IMG/VR virus record: IMGVR_UViG_3300037478_000161
Location: 1 to 43,319 of that record
DNA: 43,319 nt
Reading direction: 5' to 3' (one strand)
Origin: a virus
Lineage: Duplodnaviria > Caudoviricetes
A program made the position numbers and the translations under genes. The notes under the pieces are model-generated. The model was given only the letters and a program-made list of their open reading frames with translations, ran no database searches and was not told where the DNA came from. Positions 35,058-43,319 of this stretch are shown piece by piece. The stretch's first letter is position 1. The number at the start of each line of letters is the position of its first letter.

Positions 35058-35095
35058 GGCCCCACCGGCTTCGAGGGGGCCGAGCCGGTGGGGCC
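35058..35095 (-). terminator. Hairpin at the end of the late operon
   Basis: GGCCCCACCGGCT...AGCCGGTGGGGCC 13-bp stem. Confidence 0.55.
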
Positions 35096-35123
35096 TTCGT
35101 CGCCTTGGGGGAGCTGCGACGCC

Positions 35124-35360
35124 TTAGAGCCGGACTTGGCCGACCATCTCCGCGACGTTGTCCACCCGCAGCCACACCTTCAGCGAGCGGGTCGGAGTCT
35201 GTGGCGGGCGGATCATCGCCACCCGGCGGCGCCCGTCCCAGGACAGGAACGCCGACTGCCACGGGCCGGGGGTGCGGTCGCCGGTGGCCATCTCGATACG
35301 GGACAGGTCATCGCCGGCGTAGTCGGCCATCAGCCAGCCGGACTTGATACGGGCACTCAT
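35124..35360 (-). CDS. Small virion-associated hypothetical protein
   Basis: Coupled to the fibre module. Confidence 0.55.
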   Translation of the reverse strand: MSARIKSGWLMADYAGDDLSRIEMATGDRTPGPWQSAFLSWDGRRRVAMIRPPQTPTRSLKVWLRVDNVAEMVGQVRL

Positions 35361-35710
35361 GCGGCCGGTTCTCCGAGCACGGTCAGGACGTCGGGCTTGC
35401 GGATGAAGTCGTAGTCTGCGGTTCGCAGCAGGACGAACACCTGCGTGTCTGCGGTCCCACTGACGTCGGCGAATGTGGTGTGATCGATGTCGCCGTCGCG
35501 CGGGCCGAACACCGGCATCACGTCGGGTGCGTCTCGTGCGATCTCGGCGAAGTCGCCGAGGGTGGCGGCGGTGGTGTCGGGGTCGGGCACATCGTTGGGG
35601 TCGGTGCGCAGCGCAACGCCGGCGATGGTGATGTCGGCGAATACGCCTTCGTCGACGGTGACGGCCATGCGGCGGGGCTCGGTGGCCCCGACATAGATCG
35701 AGCTCGGCAT
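35357..35710 (-). CDS. Putative fibre adaptor protein
   Basis: 117 aa acidic beta-type protein directly after the fibre gene. Confidence 0.55.
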   Translation of the reverse strand: MPSSIYVGATEPRRMAVTVDEGVFADITIAGVALRTDPNDVPDPDTTAATLGDFAEIARDAPDVMPVFGPRDGDIDHTTFADVSGTADTQVFVLLRTADYDFIRKPDVLTVLGEPAA

Positions 35711-35713
35711 TGG

Positions 35714-38700
35714 CTACTCCCTCAGTTCGTCGACGCTGATCGGGTCACGCATCTCATCCACCATCAGCAGGTCCCGCAGTTCGCCGATGGTCGGGGCAAC
35801 GTCGCGCAGCACGCCGAGGATCGGCGCGGTGTCGCGGAGTTCGCCGACAGTGACCGGCTGCGCTGGGTCGATCTCGGCGGCGGACAGCGGGTCGCGCATG
35901 GTGGCCACGAGCACGGGTTCGCGCAGCGGGCCGACGGTGATGCTGATGTAGGCGAACGGCGGCACTTCCCCGCTGCCGAACGCCGACCCGGTGTAGGCGT
36001 AAGCGCCTGCCGCAGCGCCGAATCTGGTCGCGGTGCCGCCCGCAGTGCCTGCGTAGCCGTACGTCCCGGCGCCGGCGCCGAATCTGGTGACGGTTCCGGC
36101 CGCGCCCCCGGCGTAGGAGTACGTTCCGGTTGCGGTGCCGGTAACGGTGACCTCACCCGCGGCGGTGCCTGCGTAGGTGTAGCCGCCGGCGGCTTGGCCG
36201 TCGACCGGGCCGGCCTCGCCCGATCCTGCCGCAGTGCCTTGGTAGGTGTAGCTGCCGGACGCGTCGCCCTCGGCGGTGGACGGCTCGGCCTGCCCGGCGG
36301 CGGTCCCGGCGTAGGTGTAGCTGCCGCTGGCCGTGCCGGTGACGGTGACGACGCCCTCAGCGGTGCCTGTATAGCCGTAGGCGCCCGCCGCGGCGCCCTC
36401 TACGTCTGCCGCGCCACTGGTACCCGCAGCGGTCCCCGCGTAGCTGTACGAGCCGCTGGCGACCCCGGTGACGGCGGCCTGCCCGGCCGCCGTTCCCGCA
36501 TAGTCGTAGTCGCCGGCCGCGGCGGGGCCGTCGCCGGCCACGCTGACCGTGAACTCATGGGTGATGACTTCGGTCTCGCCGGTCCCGGCACCGTCAAGCT
36601 GCCAGCCGCGCATGGTGACCACCAGCTGGCTGCCCTGGTCGTCGATCGCGATGGTGGCGTACTGCTGATGCACCGGCCCGACCGGATCCGGTACGAACCC
36701 CTCCGAGTAGGTGCCGGTCTTGAAGCTGGTGGTGGAGTCGATCGGCGCGGCACACAGCAGCGGCGGGCCGGGATCGGTCGTGCCGGTGTCGTACTGGGTA
36801 TTGGTGCCGTCGTCGATCGCCAGCATGTGCGCGTCGGCATGCAGGATGACGACCCGGCCCTTGGCGAAGTCCTCGATCTTCTCGGCGATGGTGGCCCGGT
36901 CGCCGGCGAACGCGCCCCAGTGGTCGGCCAGCGGCGCCGACCCGGCGATCCACGGAACCCCCACATACAGGAAGATCAGCGCCTCGGTGGCGTTCTCCAG
37001 CACATCGAGTAGCGCGTTGAGCTGGGCGGTTCCGAGGATGTCGTTGGTGGCCCTGGAGCTACGGTGGTCCAGGATGATCCAGCGGGTGCGGCCCCAGGCG
37101 AACGTGTAGCCGACCGGGTCGGTGATCGCGGTGTCGACCAGCCATTCGCCGGTGGGGACGGCGGTACGGAATAACTCGACGGCGGCATCCCGGCCGGTCG
37201 CGGAGCCGTCCGACACTCCGGTGTAGTCGTGGTCGTCCCATATCTGCATCACCGGCGTTTGCTGGGATAGCCCGGCCAGCCGCGGATTGTTGAACGTGTC
37301 CCGCAGCGCCAGCAGGTGAGCCGGAATGTTGGCAAGGTTGTAGTCGCGATAATTCCGGTCCCCGGCGAACAGGAAGAACGCCGGGTCGCGGTCGGCGATC
37401 CGGTCGTAGGTGGGCGAATTCGACGTCTTGATCGACAGCGGGTAGCCGGTGGTGGTGGTGATGTTCCCGGCGTCGCCGGACATGGCCACGGTGAACGAGG
37501 ACTGCCCGGACGGGGCTGTGCGCAATTGCCGCACCCCGTCTACGGTGACGTCGTCGACCTGCAGGCCGTAGAAGTAGTCGGTACCCGCAGTGAGTCCTGT
37601 GGCCTCGAACGAGACCAGCTCGAGCGAGTCCGGCGCGGCATAGCTGGACGTGAACACGGGGCTGGTCAGCCCGGCGTTGTCGGCCACCACGAGCCGCACC
37701 AGGTCGGCGTTGCGGGCCTGGCAGGAGATCCTGGCCGTAGTGGTCCCGGCCATCACCTGGGTGGCCCACATCACCATCGGGATCGGGTCTTCGACGGGGG
37801 TCTCGATCGGATCGCCGGACCCGTCGAGCGGCCCGGCCTTCCACGCGGTACAGCGCACCCCGGAGCCAGACGCGACGGTGTTGGCGAACAGGCCCGCCTT
37901 CGAACCGCTGGTGACCGTGGAATTGGTAGCCGAGATGACCTGCACGCCGTTGGCCCGCACGCTGATGGTGGTGCCGAAGCAGCGCAACTCGAACACGTCG
38001 CCCGCAGCGAAGGTGTGCGACGCCGAGGTCCCGATCTGCGTCCCGAACGCGCCATTGACGACCGGGAACAGCCGCAGCTGGTTGTCCGCGCGGCGCACCT
38101 GCAGGTAGTAGCAGGTCAGCGAGTCGGCCTCGCCGACCCTGGCGAACACGCCGAACCCGGTGCCCGCCGGGGAGCCGATCACCGCGCCGAAGGTGGCACG
38201 CACATACATGTCGGTGGTCCCGAGGTCGGTTTCGCAGCGGGCGCTGCTGATGCCGCTGGACGTGGTCGAGACCGAGTCGGTCGGGATGCCCGCGGCGGTG
38301 GTGAACCCGGCGCCGGCGTAGGCGACGCCGTCGCGGATACGCCAGCCCGCCTTGGTCTGAGCAACCGTCAGGTCCGGGCCTTGCCGCCAGTGCCGCTCGC
38401 CGTCCAGTGCGGTTGGGTTCCCCATTGTCGAGTCGGGGTAACCGGACCAGTCCTCGGTGAGGATGGGTGGGCCGCCGCCGCCGCTGGCCGAGCCGGCCAC
38501 CGTGCCCGCGTAGGCGTAATCGCCGGCTGCGGAGCCGATGACCGTAATCCCACCGACCGCCGAGCCCGTGTAGGCGTACTCGCCGGCCGCCTGCCCTTCG
38601 ACCGGCCCTTCGACCGCGACAGTGTAGGTGCCGGTCAACTCGGCGGCGAAGACCCGCTCTTCCAGCGCGTCGCCGCCCATGTTCTTGGTGACGGTGAACC

Positions 38701-39139
38701 GGAACACCGCGTGCGCGCCGTCCCACACGGCCTTGTCAGCCGTCGTGTTCAGCCCGGTGAACGCGAGAACTGCCGACGTGGTCCCGGTGGTCGTAATGCC
38801 CGATGCGACGGTTCGCTGGTCGGTCAGCGCTGTCGCCAGGTCCGACTGGACGATCTGCACGGTCAGCGTGGTCCACGCGTTGACCTGAGTCCCGGCCTGC
38901 CAGCCGTACCGCACCCGAACGGACAGGGTGTCCATGTTGCCGAGGTCAGCCGGGACGTTGCCCAGCTCGAAAAAGGCGACGCCGACATGTGTGGTGTTGG
39001 CGGTGTCGTGGACATCGGAACTGTCACTGGCCCCAGCAATGGTCTGTAGGACCGGCTCACCTGACGGCGCATTGAGCGCGGTGTCGGTGGACGAGCCGGA
39101 CACGAATGTGCCGAACGCGATAGTACCGAGATCAGCCAC
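35714..39139 (-). CDS. Fibre-like protein with lectin-like domain, PhoD-family phosphatase domain and GxYxYxG repeats
   Basis: FAGDRNYRD, WDDHD, LDHRS.R, LG.AQL, DHW..F..DR and LHADAH PhoD motifs; about 11 G.A.G.Y.Y.G.A.G repeats; no signal peptide. Confidence 0.8.
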   Translation of the reverse strand: MADLGTIAFGTFVSGSSTDTALNAPSGEPVLQTIAGASDSSDVHDTANTTHVGVAFFELGNVPADLGNMDTLSVRVRYGWQAGTQVNAWTTLTVQIVQSDLATALTDQRTVASGITTTGTTSAVLAFTGLNTTADKAVWDGAHAVFRFTVTKNMGGDALEERVFAAELTGTYTVAVEGPVEGQAAGEYAYTGSAVGGITVIGSAAGDYAYAGTVAGSASGGGGPPILTEDWSGYPDSTMGNPTALDGERHWRQGPDLTVAQTKAGWRIRDGVAYAGAGFTTAAGIPTDSVSTTSSGISSARCETDLGTTDMYVRATFGAVIGSPAGTGFGVFARVGEADSLTCYYLQVRRADNQLRLFPVVNGAFGTQIGTSASHTFAAGDVFELRCFGTTISVRANGVQVISATNSTVTSGSKAGLFANTVASGSGVRCTAWKAGPLDGSGDPIETPVEDPIPMVMWATQVMAGTTTARISCQARNADLVRLVVADNAGLTSPVFTSSYAAPDSLELVSFEATGLTAGTDYFYGLQVDDVTVDGVRQLRTAPSGQSSFTVAMSGDAGNITTTTGYPLSIKTSNSPTYDRIADRDPAFFLFAGDRNYRDYNLANIPAHLLALRDTFNNPRLAGLSQQTPVMQIWDDHDYTGVSDGSATGRDAAVELFRTAVPTGEWLVDTAITDPVGYTFAWGRTRWIILDHRSSRATNDILGTAQLNALLDVLENATEALIFLYVGVPWIAGSAPLADHWGAFAGDRATIAEKIEDFAKGRVVILHADAHMLAIDDGTNTQYDTGTTDPGPPLLCAAPIDSTTSFKTGTYSEGFVPDPVGPVHQQYATIAIDDQGSQLVVTMRGWQLDGAGTGETEVITHEFTVSVAGDGPAAAGDYDYAGTAAGQAAVTGVASGSYSYAGTAAGTSGAADVEGAAAGAYGYTGTAEGVVTVTGTASGSYTYAGTAAGQAEPSTAEGDASGSYTYQGTAAGSGEAGPVDGQAAGGYTYAGTAAGEVTVTGTATGTYSYAGGAAGTVTRFGAGAGTYGYAGTAGGTATRFGAAAGAYAYTGSAFGSGEVPPFAYISITVGPLREPVLVATMRDPLSAAEIDPAQPVTVGELRDTAPILGVLRDVAPTIGELRDLLMVDEMRDPISVDELRE

Positions 39140-39401
39140 CGCTCACCCCACAGGTCGCGCACTCCTCGCCCACTGCCGGCCAGTCGCCGCAGTCGGAGAT
39201 ACCTACACGCCGCCAGATTGGCTTCACGTGCTGCAGATACCGCGGATCGGTGTGGACCTTCGCCCACGAGCCCAGCTCGCGGCGCAGCCCGCACACCCAG
39301 TGCCGGCCCGAGACCGTGCCGGTCTCGAGGAACCGGCAGGGCTCACCGTCGACCCAGCAGCAGTGGTCGCCGACCATCAGGCCGGAACACAGACCCACCA
39401 C
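39132..39401 (-). CDS. Small Cys-rich protein (8 Cys)
   Basis: C...HCC...PC...VC...DC...CATC; overlaps the fibre gene start. Confidence 0.65.
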   Translation of the reverse strand: MVGLCSGLMVGDHCCWVDGEPCRFLETGTVSGRHWVCGLRRELGSWAKVHTDPRYLQHVKPIWRRVGISDCGDWPAVGEECATCGVSGG

Positions 39402-39402
39402 A

Positions 39403-39762
39403 TCACGAGGCGACGTTGATCGAGATGGTGAAGTCCCCAGCAGGAATGGAAAAGTTGTTACCGGCGGTCACCGAACCGCCCGACACTGTGCCGGAGCCGA
39501 TGAAGTTGCCAGCCGTGGAAGCGTCCCAAAGGCTGTAATGCGTGTAGGCCTCGGTGGCGGCCACACTCGTCCACTCCAGCGCCGCGGTGGTCGTCTTCGA
39601 CCCGCCGGCCGCGGTCGACGCAGTGATCTGCTTGCGGGTTGCCTCAGTGGCAGCGGCCGTGCCACCAGTGCCCGGGTCGGCGGTGTGCAGCTTCACCCAC
39701 CGGCCATCCATGTGCGAATCCAGGAAGCTGTTCGCCTGGGCGGCGCTCGGTCCGAGTGGCAT
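39403..39762 (-). CDS. Phage fibre/decoration protein
   Basis: VKLHTADPGT.G...TH..LWDASTAGNF motif common in actinophage fibre modules. Confidence 0.8.
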   Translation of the reverse strand: MPLGPSAAQANSFLDSHMDGRWVKLHTADPGTGGTAAATEATRKQITASTAAGGSKTTTAALEWTSVAATEAYTHYSLWDASTAGNFIGSGTVSGGSVTAGNNFSIPAGDFTISINVAS

Positions 39763-39863
39763 CAGTCGTTCTCCTCATCTTCTTTGGCGGTGACGGTGAT
39801 GACGCCACTCGCATTGCCGTACACGGTCACCGACTCGGCCTCGTCGCGTTCGCGGTCGGTCAT
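39762..39863 (-). CDS. Small acidic peptide
   Basis: MTDRERDEAESVTVYGNASGVITVTAKEDEEND, TGATG coupling. Confidence 0.45.
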   Translation of the reverse strand: MTDRERDEAESVTVYGNASGVITVTAKEDEEND

Positions 39864-39866
39864 GGC

Positions 39867-40040
39867 TCAGGCCGTCTCGTTCTTCGGCGCCAGGTAGGTG
39901 CCGAACGTGGCCAGGATCAGCGCGATTGCTGCCGCGAGCTCGGGGTCGATGGTCACGTCGAACGCGCCGAGCGCAACCACGAGCACGCCGCCGGTGATGC
40001 CGCCCAGCAGGGCGCCGATAGCCTTAGCGATCTTCTTCAT
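39867..40040 (-). CDS. Holin-like two-TM protein
   Basis: [14 protein letters not shown]...TYLAPKN. Confidence 0.7.
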   Translation of the reverse strand: MKKIAKAIGALLGGITGGVLVVALGAFDVTIDPELAAAIALILATFGTYLAPKNETA

Positions 40041-40183
40041 GGTCTCCTCCAGAACACGAGCGGGACGCCGAACATCAGGTGCGCGGCGATGAACGCGAGC
40101 CCCAGCACCACCAAGTCGATGGAGCCGATCATCACGTCGAACAGGGCGAGCACGAAACACAGCAGGGCAAGTAGCGCCAGCAT
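40037..40183 (-). CDS. Small membrane protein
   Basis: [36 protein letters not shown]... Confidence 0.6.
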   Translation of the reverse strand: MLALLALLCFVLALFDVMIGSIDLVVLGLAFIAAHLMFGVPLVFWRRP

Positions 40184-40857
40184 CACGGCTCCTCAGGTGC
40201 GGGACAGATCAGGTACGTGCCGGCGGCCAGGCCGATCAGCCGGGCCTGTGGCTCGGTAACGGTCCACTCGATCGGCTCGGCCTCGTCGGGGCAGGCCGGG
40301 CCGTCCTCGCCGTCGCTGCCCGCAGGACCGACCGGGCCGACAGGCCCAGCGGGTCCAGGAGGCCCGACGATGGACTCTCCCGGCGCGCCTTGCGGCCCGG
40401 GATTGCCAGGCTCTCCAGCAGGCCCCTGCGGCCCGGTGACGCTCTCCCCAGCGGGGCCTTGCGGGCCGGTGATGCTGGCGCCCGGCGGCCCGGGTGGACC
40501 CTGGATTCCCATCGAACCGGGGAACCCTCGAGGGCCTTGCGGGCCGGGAACAGTGGAATCCCTGCCGGGTGGCCCCGGCTCACCCGGTGGGCCGGGGATC
40601 GCCTCGGCCGGTCGCTGCTCAACCTGCTCGGCCTGTCGGCACAAGTCGCCGAGCTCGATGGCGGTCAGGCCGCGGCGCTCACAAGCGGCACGCACCTGCG
40701 CGGCAATCGAGGCGGCGTTGTCGGCGGCCACCACCGCCGAGCGTTGCGAGGTGGACCGGTCGAACAGGATCCACCCGACCAGCAGCAGCAGCAGGATGAG
40801 CAGGAGGATCGTGAGCCGGTGGCTGCGGCTGGTGGGCAGTGGGTTACGTCTGATCAT
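40183..40857 (-). CDS. Membrane-anchored collagen-like protein of the lysis cassette
   Basis: N-terminal TM, C...LC pair, GPx repeats, C-terminal CP...C. Confidence 0.85.
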   Translation of the reverse strand: MIRRNPLPTSRSHRLTILLLILLLLLVGWILFDRSTSQRSAVVAADNAASIAAQVRAACERRGLTAIELGDLCRQAEQVEQRPAEAIPGPPGEPGPPGRDSTVPGPQGPRGFPGSMGIQGPPGPPGASITGPQGPAGESVTGPQGPAGEPGNPGPQGAPGESIVGPPGPAGPVGPVGPAGSDGEDGPACPDEAEPIEWTVTEPQARLIGLAAGTYLICPAPEEP

Positions 40858-41239
40858 TGGTACCGCCCTCTACAGCGTCCCCACCGCCATTGATCATGCG
40901 CCGGTAGCGGGCGGCGGCGTCTTCGGCGGCCCACCTGGCTTGACGTTCGGCCTCCACGTCCTCGCGCAGGTCGATGACCTCGGCCCGCAGGACCCCTATC
41001 TGCGAGCGGAGATCCTGAATCTGTGCGTCATGGCGAACCGTGATGTCGCGGATCTCGCTGGAATGCTGCTCGCGTTCTTCCTTCAGCTCTGCGGTGTGCT
41101 GCTCGCGGAGACTGCGCAGCACCTGCTGATAGTCGCCGCGGTCGCCGGAGGCTTGGCGCATGAGATGGACGACCAGGAAGACCAGCAGCCCGAAGAATCC
41201 CGCGCCGGGGATGAGGGTGGACCACTCTGGAATCTCCAC
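40844..41239 (-). CDS. Membrane protein with coiled coil (holin/antiholin-like)
   Basis: Single N-terminal TM then heptad repeats. Confidence 0.7.
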   Translation of the reverse strand: MEIPEWSTLIPGAGFFGLLVFLVVHLMRQASGDRGDYQQVLRSLREQHTAELKEEREQHSSEIRDITVRHDAQIQDLRSQIGVLRAEVIDLREDVEAERQARWAAEDAAARYRRMINGGGDAVEGGTNDQT

Positions 41240-41257
41240 GCATTTGCTCCCCCCCGC

Positions 41258-41458
41258 TCAGAGTCGCTCGTCGGTTTGCACGGTCTGCTCGGCCGCCGAT
41301 CCAGCAGGTGGCCGGGCACCCCCCGGGCACGGCTCGCCGCCCACGCGGTGCCGTTTGACCATGCCGGTAGCAAAGGCCAGCGGACGCTCCTTGCCGCACA
41401 CCTGGCAGACCCCGCGCTCAGGAGCGCCGTAACCGAGTCTTGAATTGCTCGATTCCAC
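41258..41458 (-). CDS. Small zinc-finger hypothetical protein
   Basis: CQVCG...RHR....CPG; overlaps an alternative hydrophobic ORF at 41418-41528. Confidence 0.45.
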   Translation of the reverse strand: MESSNSRLGYGAPERGVCQVCGKERPLAFATGMVKRHRVGGEPCPGGARPPAGSAAEQTVQTDERL

Positions 41459-41514
41459 GGCTCACCACACCCACCACGAAGAGGGCGATCAGGACCGCGA
41501 CCTCGGCGGCCACC

Positions 41515-42525
41515 TCACGCCGGGGCATCCCCGACACCCTCGCGCAGCGCCTCGATCACGCCCTGCTTCACCGTCTCCTTGTCGATCGAGCCCGTCCCGG
41601 CGTTCGGCAGCTTCCCGACGATCGCCGCGGCCAGTGCATCGATGTCGACCTGCATGGCGCGGATCGCCGCCAGCTCGGGCAGCACCTGATACTTGATCGC
41701 GTTCACCGCGTTACCGGAGTTCACGCTGGCCCGCCGAATCGCCGTGTCGCGCGACTGGAACTTCCCGTCGATGTACGGGGTGGCGTCGCCGCCTTCGGCC
41801 AGTACGTCACGGACGACCTGCTTGAGCTCACCGAGTGTTGCCATGTCGAACCAGTCCTTCGGGTCGAGGGTGCCGCCAGGGACGGTCGGGTCAGGGATGG
41901 TCGTGCCGCCGCCGTAGACGGGGTGGTTGACCAGTTGCCACGACAGCGCCGTCTTGAGTTTGGAGTACCGGAACCCGCCCGGGTCCCAGTGCGTGTTGCC
42001 GCTGGCGTGGACGTGGCCGAGGATGCCGCGGTAGGCGTCGAACTGGCTGCCGGACAGCCGCACGTCGTTGTAGTAGGTCTTGCGGCCCTCCCGCCACGTC
42101 ACCGACGACTGAATCGGCAGATCCCAGTCGCGGTGACACTGCAGGATCATCGCCGCGATGTCCCGCATGTGCGTGTCGGTCAGATCGCCGACCCAGATCC
42201 CGCCCCGCTCCACTGCAAGCCGGTAGTCGCTGTAGCAGATGATCTCCAACTGGAACACGTTGTCGCGGTTCTCCCGCACCGCCGTGGACGACGGGTCGCG
42301 CAGCGCCCTCGCCGAGCGGTTGATGCCGAAGTGCTGACGTATCTGCCGGAACTTCGGGTAGTAGGTGGCGTTCGGTGCGGACGCGCCTGCGCTGTAGCCG
42401 GGCCAGCCGCCGGTCTCGGTGGTGTGCAGCAGGAACTTGTCGACCCGCGGGAATGTCGTGCCGGGATAGTTGTCGGCGTACCACTGGGCTGTGATGTTCG
42501 CGCCGCGCAAGTAGATGGTCGCCAT
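41515..42525 (-). CDS. Endolysin, N-acetylmuramoyl-L-alanine amidase (Amidase_2-like)
   Basis: LLHTTE, QLEI and GH.HASGNTHWDPG zinc-amidase motifs. Confidence 0.88.
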   Translation of the reverse strand: MATIYLRGANITAQWYADNYPGTTFPRVDKFLLHTTETGGWPGYSAGASAPNATYYPKFRQIRQHFGINRSARALRDPSSTAVRENRDNVFQLEIICYSDYRLAVERGGIWVGDLTDTHMRDIAAMILQCHRDWDLPIQSSVTWREGRKTYYNDVRLSGSQFDAYRGILGHVHASGNTHWDPGGFRYSKLKTALSWQLVNHPVYGGGTTIPDPTVPGGTLDPKDWFDMATLGELKQVVRDVLAEGGDATPYIDGKFQSRDTAIRRASVNSGNAVNAIKYQVLPELAAIRAMQVDIDALAAAIVGKLPNAGTGSIDKETVKQGVIEALREGVGDAPA

Positions 42526-42647
42526 CAGCCCTCCAGCACCGACGGGTGCGACTCTTCCTCAAGCTCGCTCGGATCGACAGGCTCCTGCGGGCCGTCGTCC
42601 TCGCTCGGTGGCGGGACGTGGGCATACGGGTCACGTTCGTCAGACAT
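42525..42647 (-). CDS. Small acidic peptide preceding the lysin
   Basis: MSDERDPYAHVPPPSEDDGPQEPVDPSELEEESHPSVLEG; TGATG overlap. Confidence 0.6.
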   Translation of the reverse strand: MSDERDPYAHVPPPSEDDGPQEPVDPSELEEESHPSVLEG

Positions 42648-42670
42648 GTTTCCCCCCTTGAGGACGACTC

Positions 42671-43319
42671 CTAGCGGCGACGGCGCAGCCTCATCGACTT
42701 CTGCAAAGTGGCCAGCTCACGCGCCACCGTGACCGAATGCGAATCCAGCTCCAACGTCGCCGACGCCGACGCGGTGTCATAATCCACCCCGACGATCTTG
42801 AACACGGTTACGCCGTCCCGCGTGGTGACATTCAGACTGTTCGGGTTCGGCTGCACACCCCGGACCCGGATCAGATACCCGGGCCGGATCTCCCACGGCA
42901 TGATCCGCATACCGCGGTCGTGATCGTAGATCGGGCGGGCCACCGTCAGCGTGCCGGCGTTCGGCGGGGTCAGGTGCTCGGCCAGGAACTGATCCCCCAC
43001 CTGGTTGGCGTTCAGCTGGTTACCCGTGGCGTCACCGAGGTCGATCCTGTCCTGCCGGACAATGCCCGCGGCGGCCAGTTGTGGGACCGTCTGCGTGCGG
43101 GTCGTCACCCGAGGGCGGCCCCGCTGGTCGACCCACCGAACCGACACCCGGTCATACAGTCCTTCGGCCGAGCCGGGCGAGTCGAACCCGTCCACCACAT
43201 CGGCCTCGTATCGCACGGTGCTCGGCCACTGCCGCCACTCGAACCGGTGCAGGCCGTTGCTGCCGGGCTCCCACGCAGCCCAGTAGTAGGCGGGCTCCAA
43301 GGCGATCAGGTCGTCCAGG
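42671..43319 (-). CDS. 3' part of the tail tip gene (second allele, cut by the window end)
   Basis: Matches the C terminus of 330-1970 with 5 amino-acid substitutions. Confidence 0.9.
   Translation of the reverse strand, partial: LDDLIALEPAYYWAAWEPGSNGLHRFEWRQWPSTVRYEADVVDGFDSPGSAEGLYDRVSVRWVDQRGRPRVTTRTQTVPQLAAAGIVRQDRIDLGDATGNQLNANQVGDQFLAEHLTPPNAGTLTVARPIYDHDRGMRIMPWEIRPGYLIRVRGVQPNPNSLNVTTRDGVTVFKIVGVDYDTASASATLELDSHSVTVARELATLQKSMRLRRRR

Larger units (their letters stand above)
853..43193. mobile_element. Temperate siphophage genome (actinobacterial host), one circular unit of about 42,341 bp
   Basis: Full set of packaging, head, tail, lysis, replication, repressor and integrase genes; sequence after 43193 re-enters the sequence at 853 (offset 42,341). 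Confidence 0.93.

Noticed and set aside
35975-36530. CRISPR-like or non-coding repeat array
   Set aside because: Degenerate in-frame repeats encoding the Gly/Tyr fibre motif; no constant repeat-spacer structure and no cas genes
40290-40600. Tandem DNA repeats
   Set aside because: Explained by collagen GPx codons
42662-43319. Physical direct terminal repeat of the virion DNA
   Set aside because: Copies are not identical and do not begin at position 1; the HNH-terS-terL layout suggests cos ends near 16300

Overview
Essentially complete (about 42.3 kb, circularly permuted) genome of a temperate, high-GC actinobacterial siphophage. WhiB genes and leaderless sigma-A-type promoters support an actinobacterial host; the genus cannot be determined from the sequence. 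Almost all genes are on the minus strand. In transcription order they are: Cro/Xis-like HTH; a DNA methyltransferase; many small early genes; an Hjc-type resolvase; two WhiB; RecE/RecT-like; an Arr-like ART; a DUF3102-MTase plus putative nuclease; a replication initiator; HNH; terminases; an HK97-type portal/protease/capsid; connectors; major tail; frameshifted tail chaperones; tape measure with an M23 domain; tail tip. Across the circular join follow an amidase lysin, holins, a collagen-like protein and a fibre module whose 1141-aa protein carries an embedded PhoD-type phosphatase. A plus-strand block (30435-34814) holds a repressor, a short tyrosine integrase and lysogenic cargo (DUF4190-like protein, secreted metzincin). 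The last ~650 bp repeat 321-978 but diverge, and 1-320 continue into a different lysis region, so the left end probably comes from a sibling phage variant. The most notable observations are the fibre-PhoD fusion, a probable integration-dependent immunity switch without a tRNA-like attP, accessory genes repeatedly bracketed by duplicated RBS/start junctions, a stand-alone copy of the M23 catalytic motif, and several structured RNA leaders.
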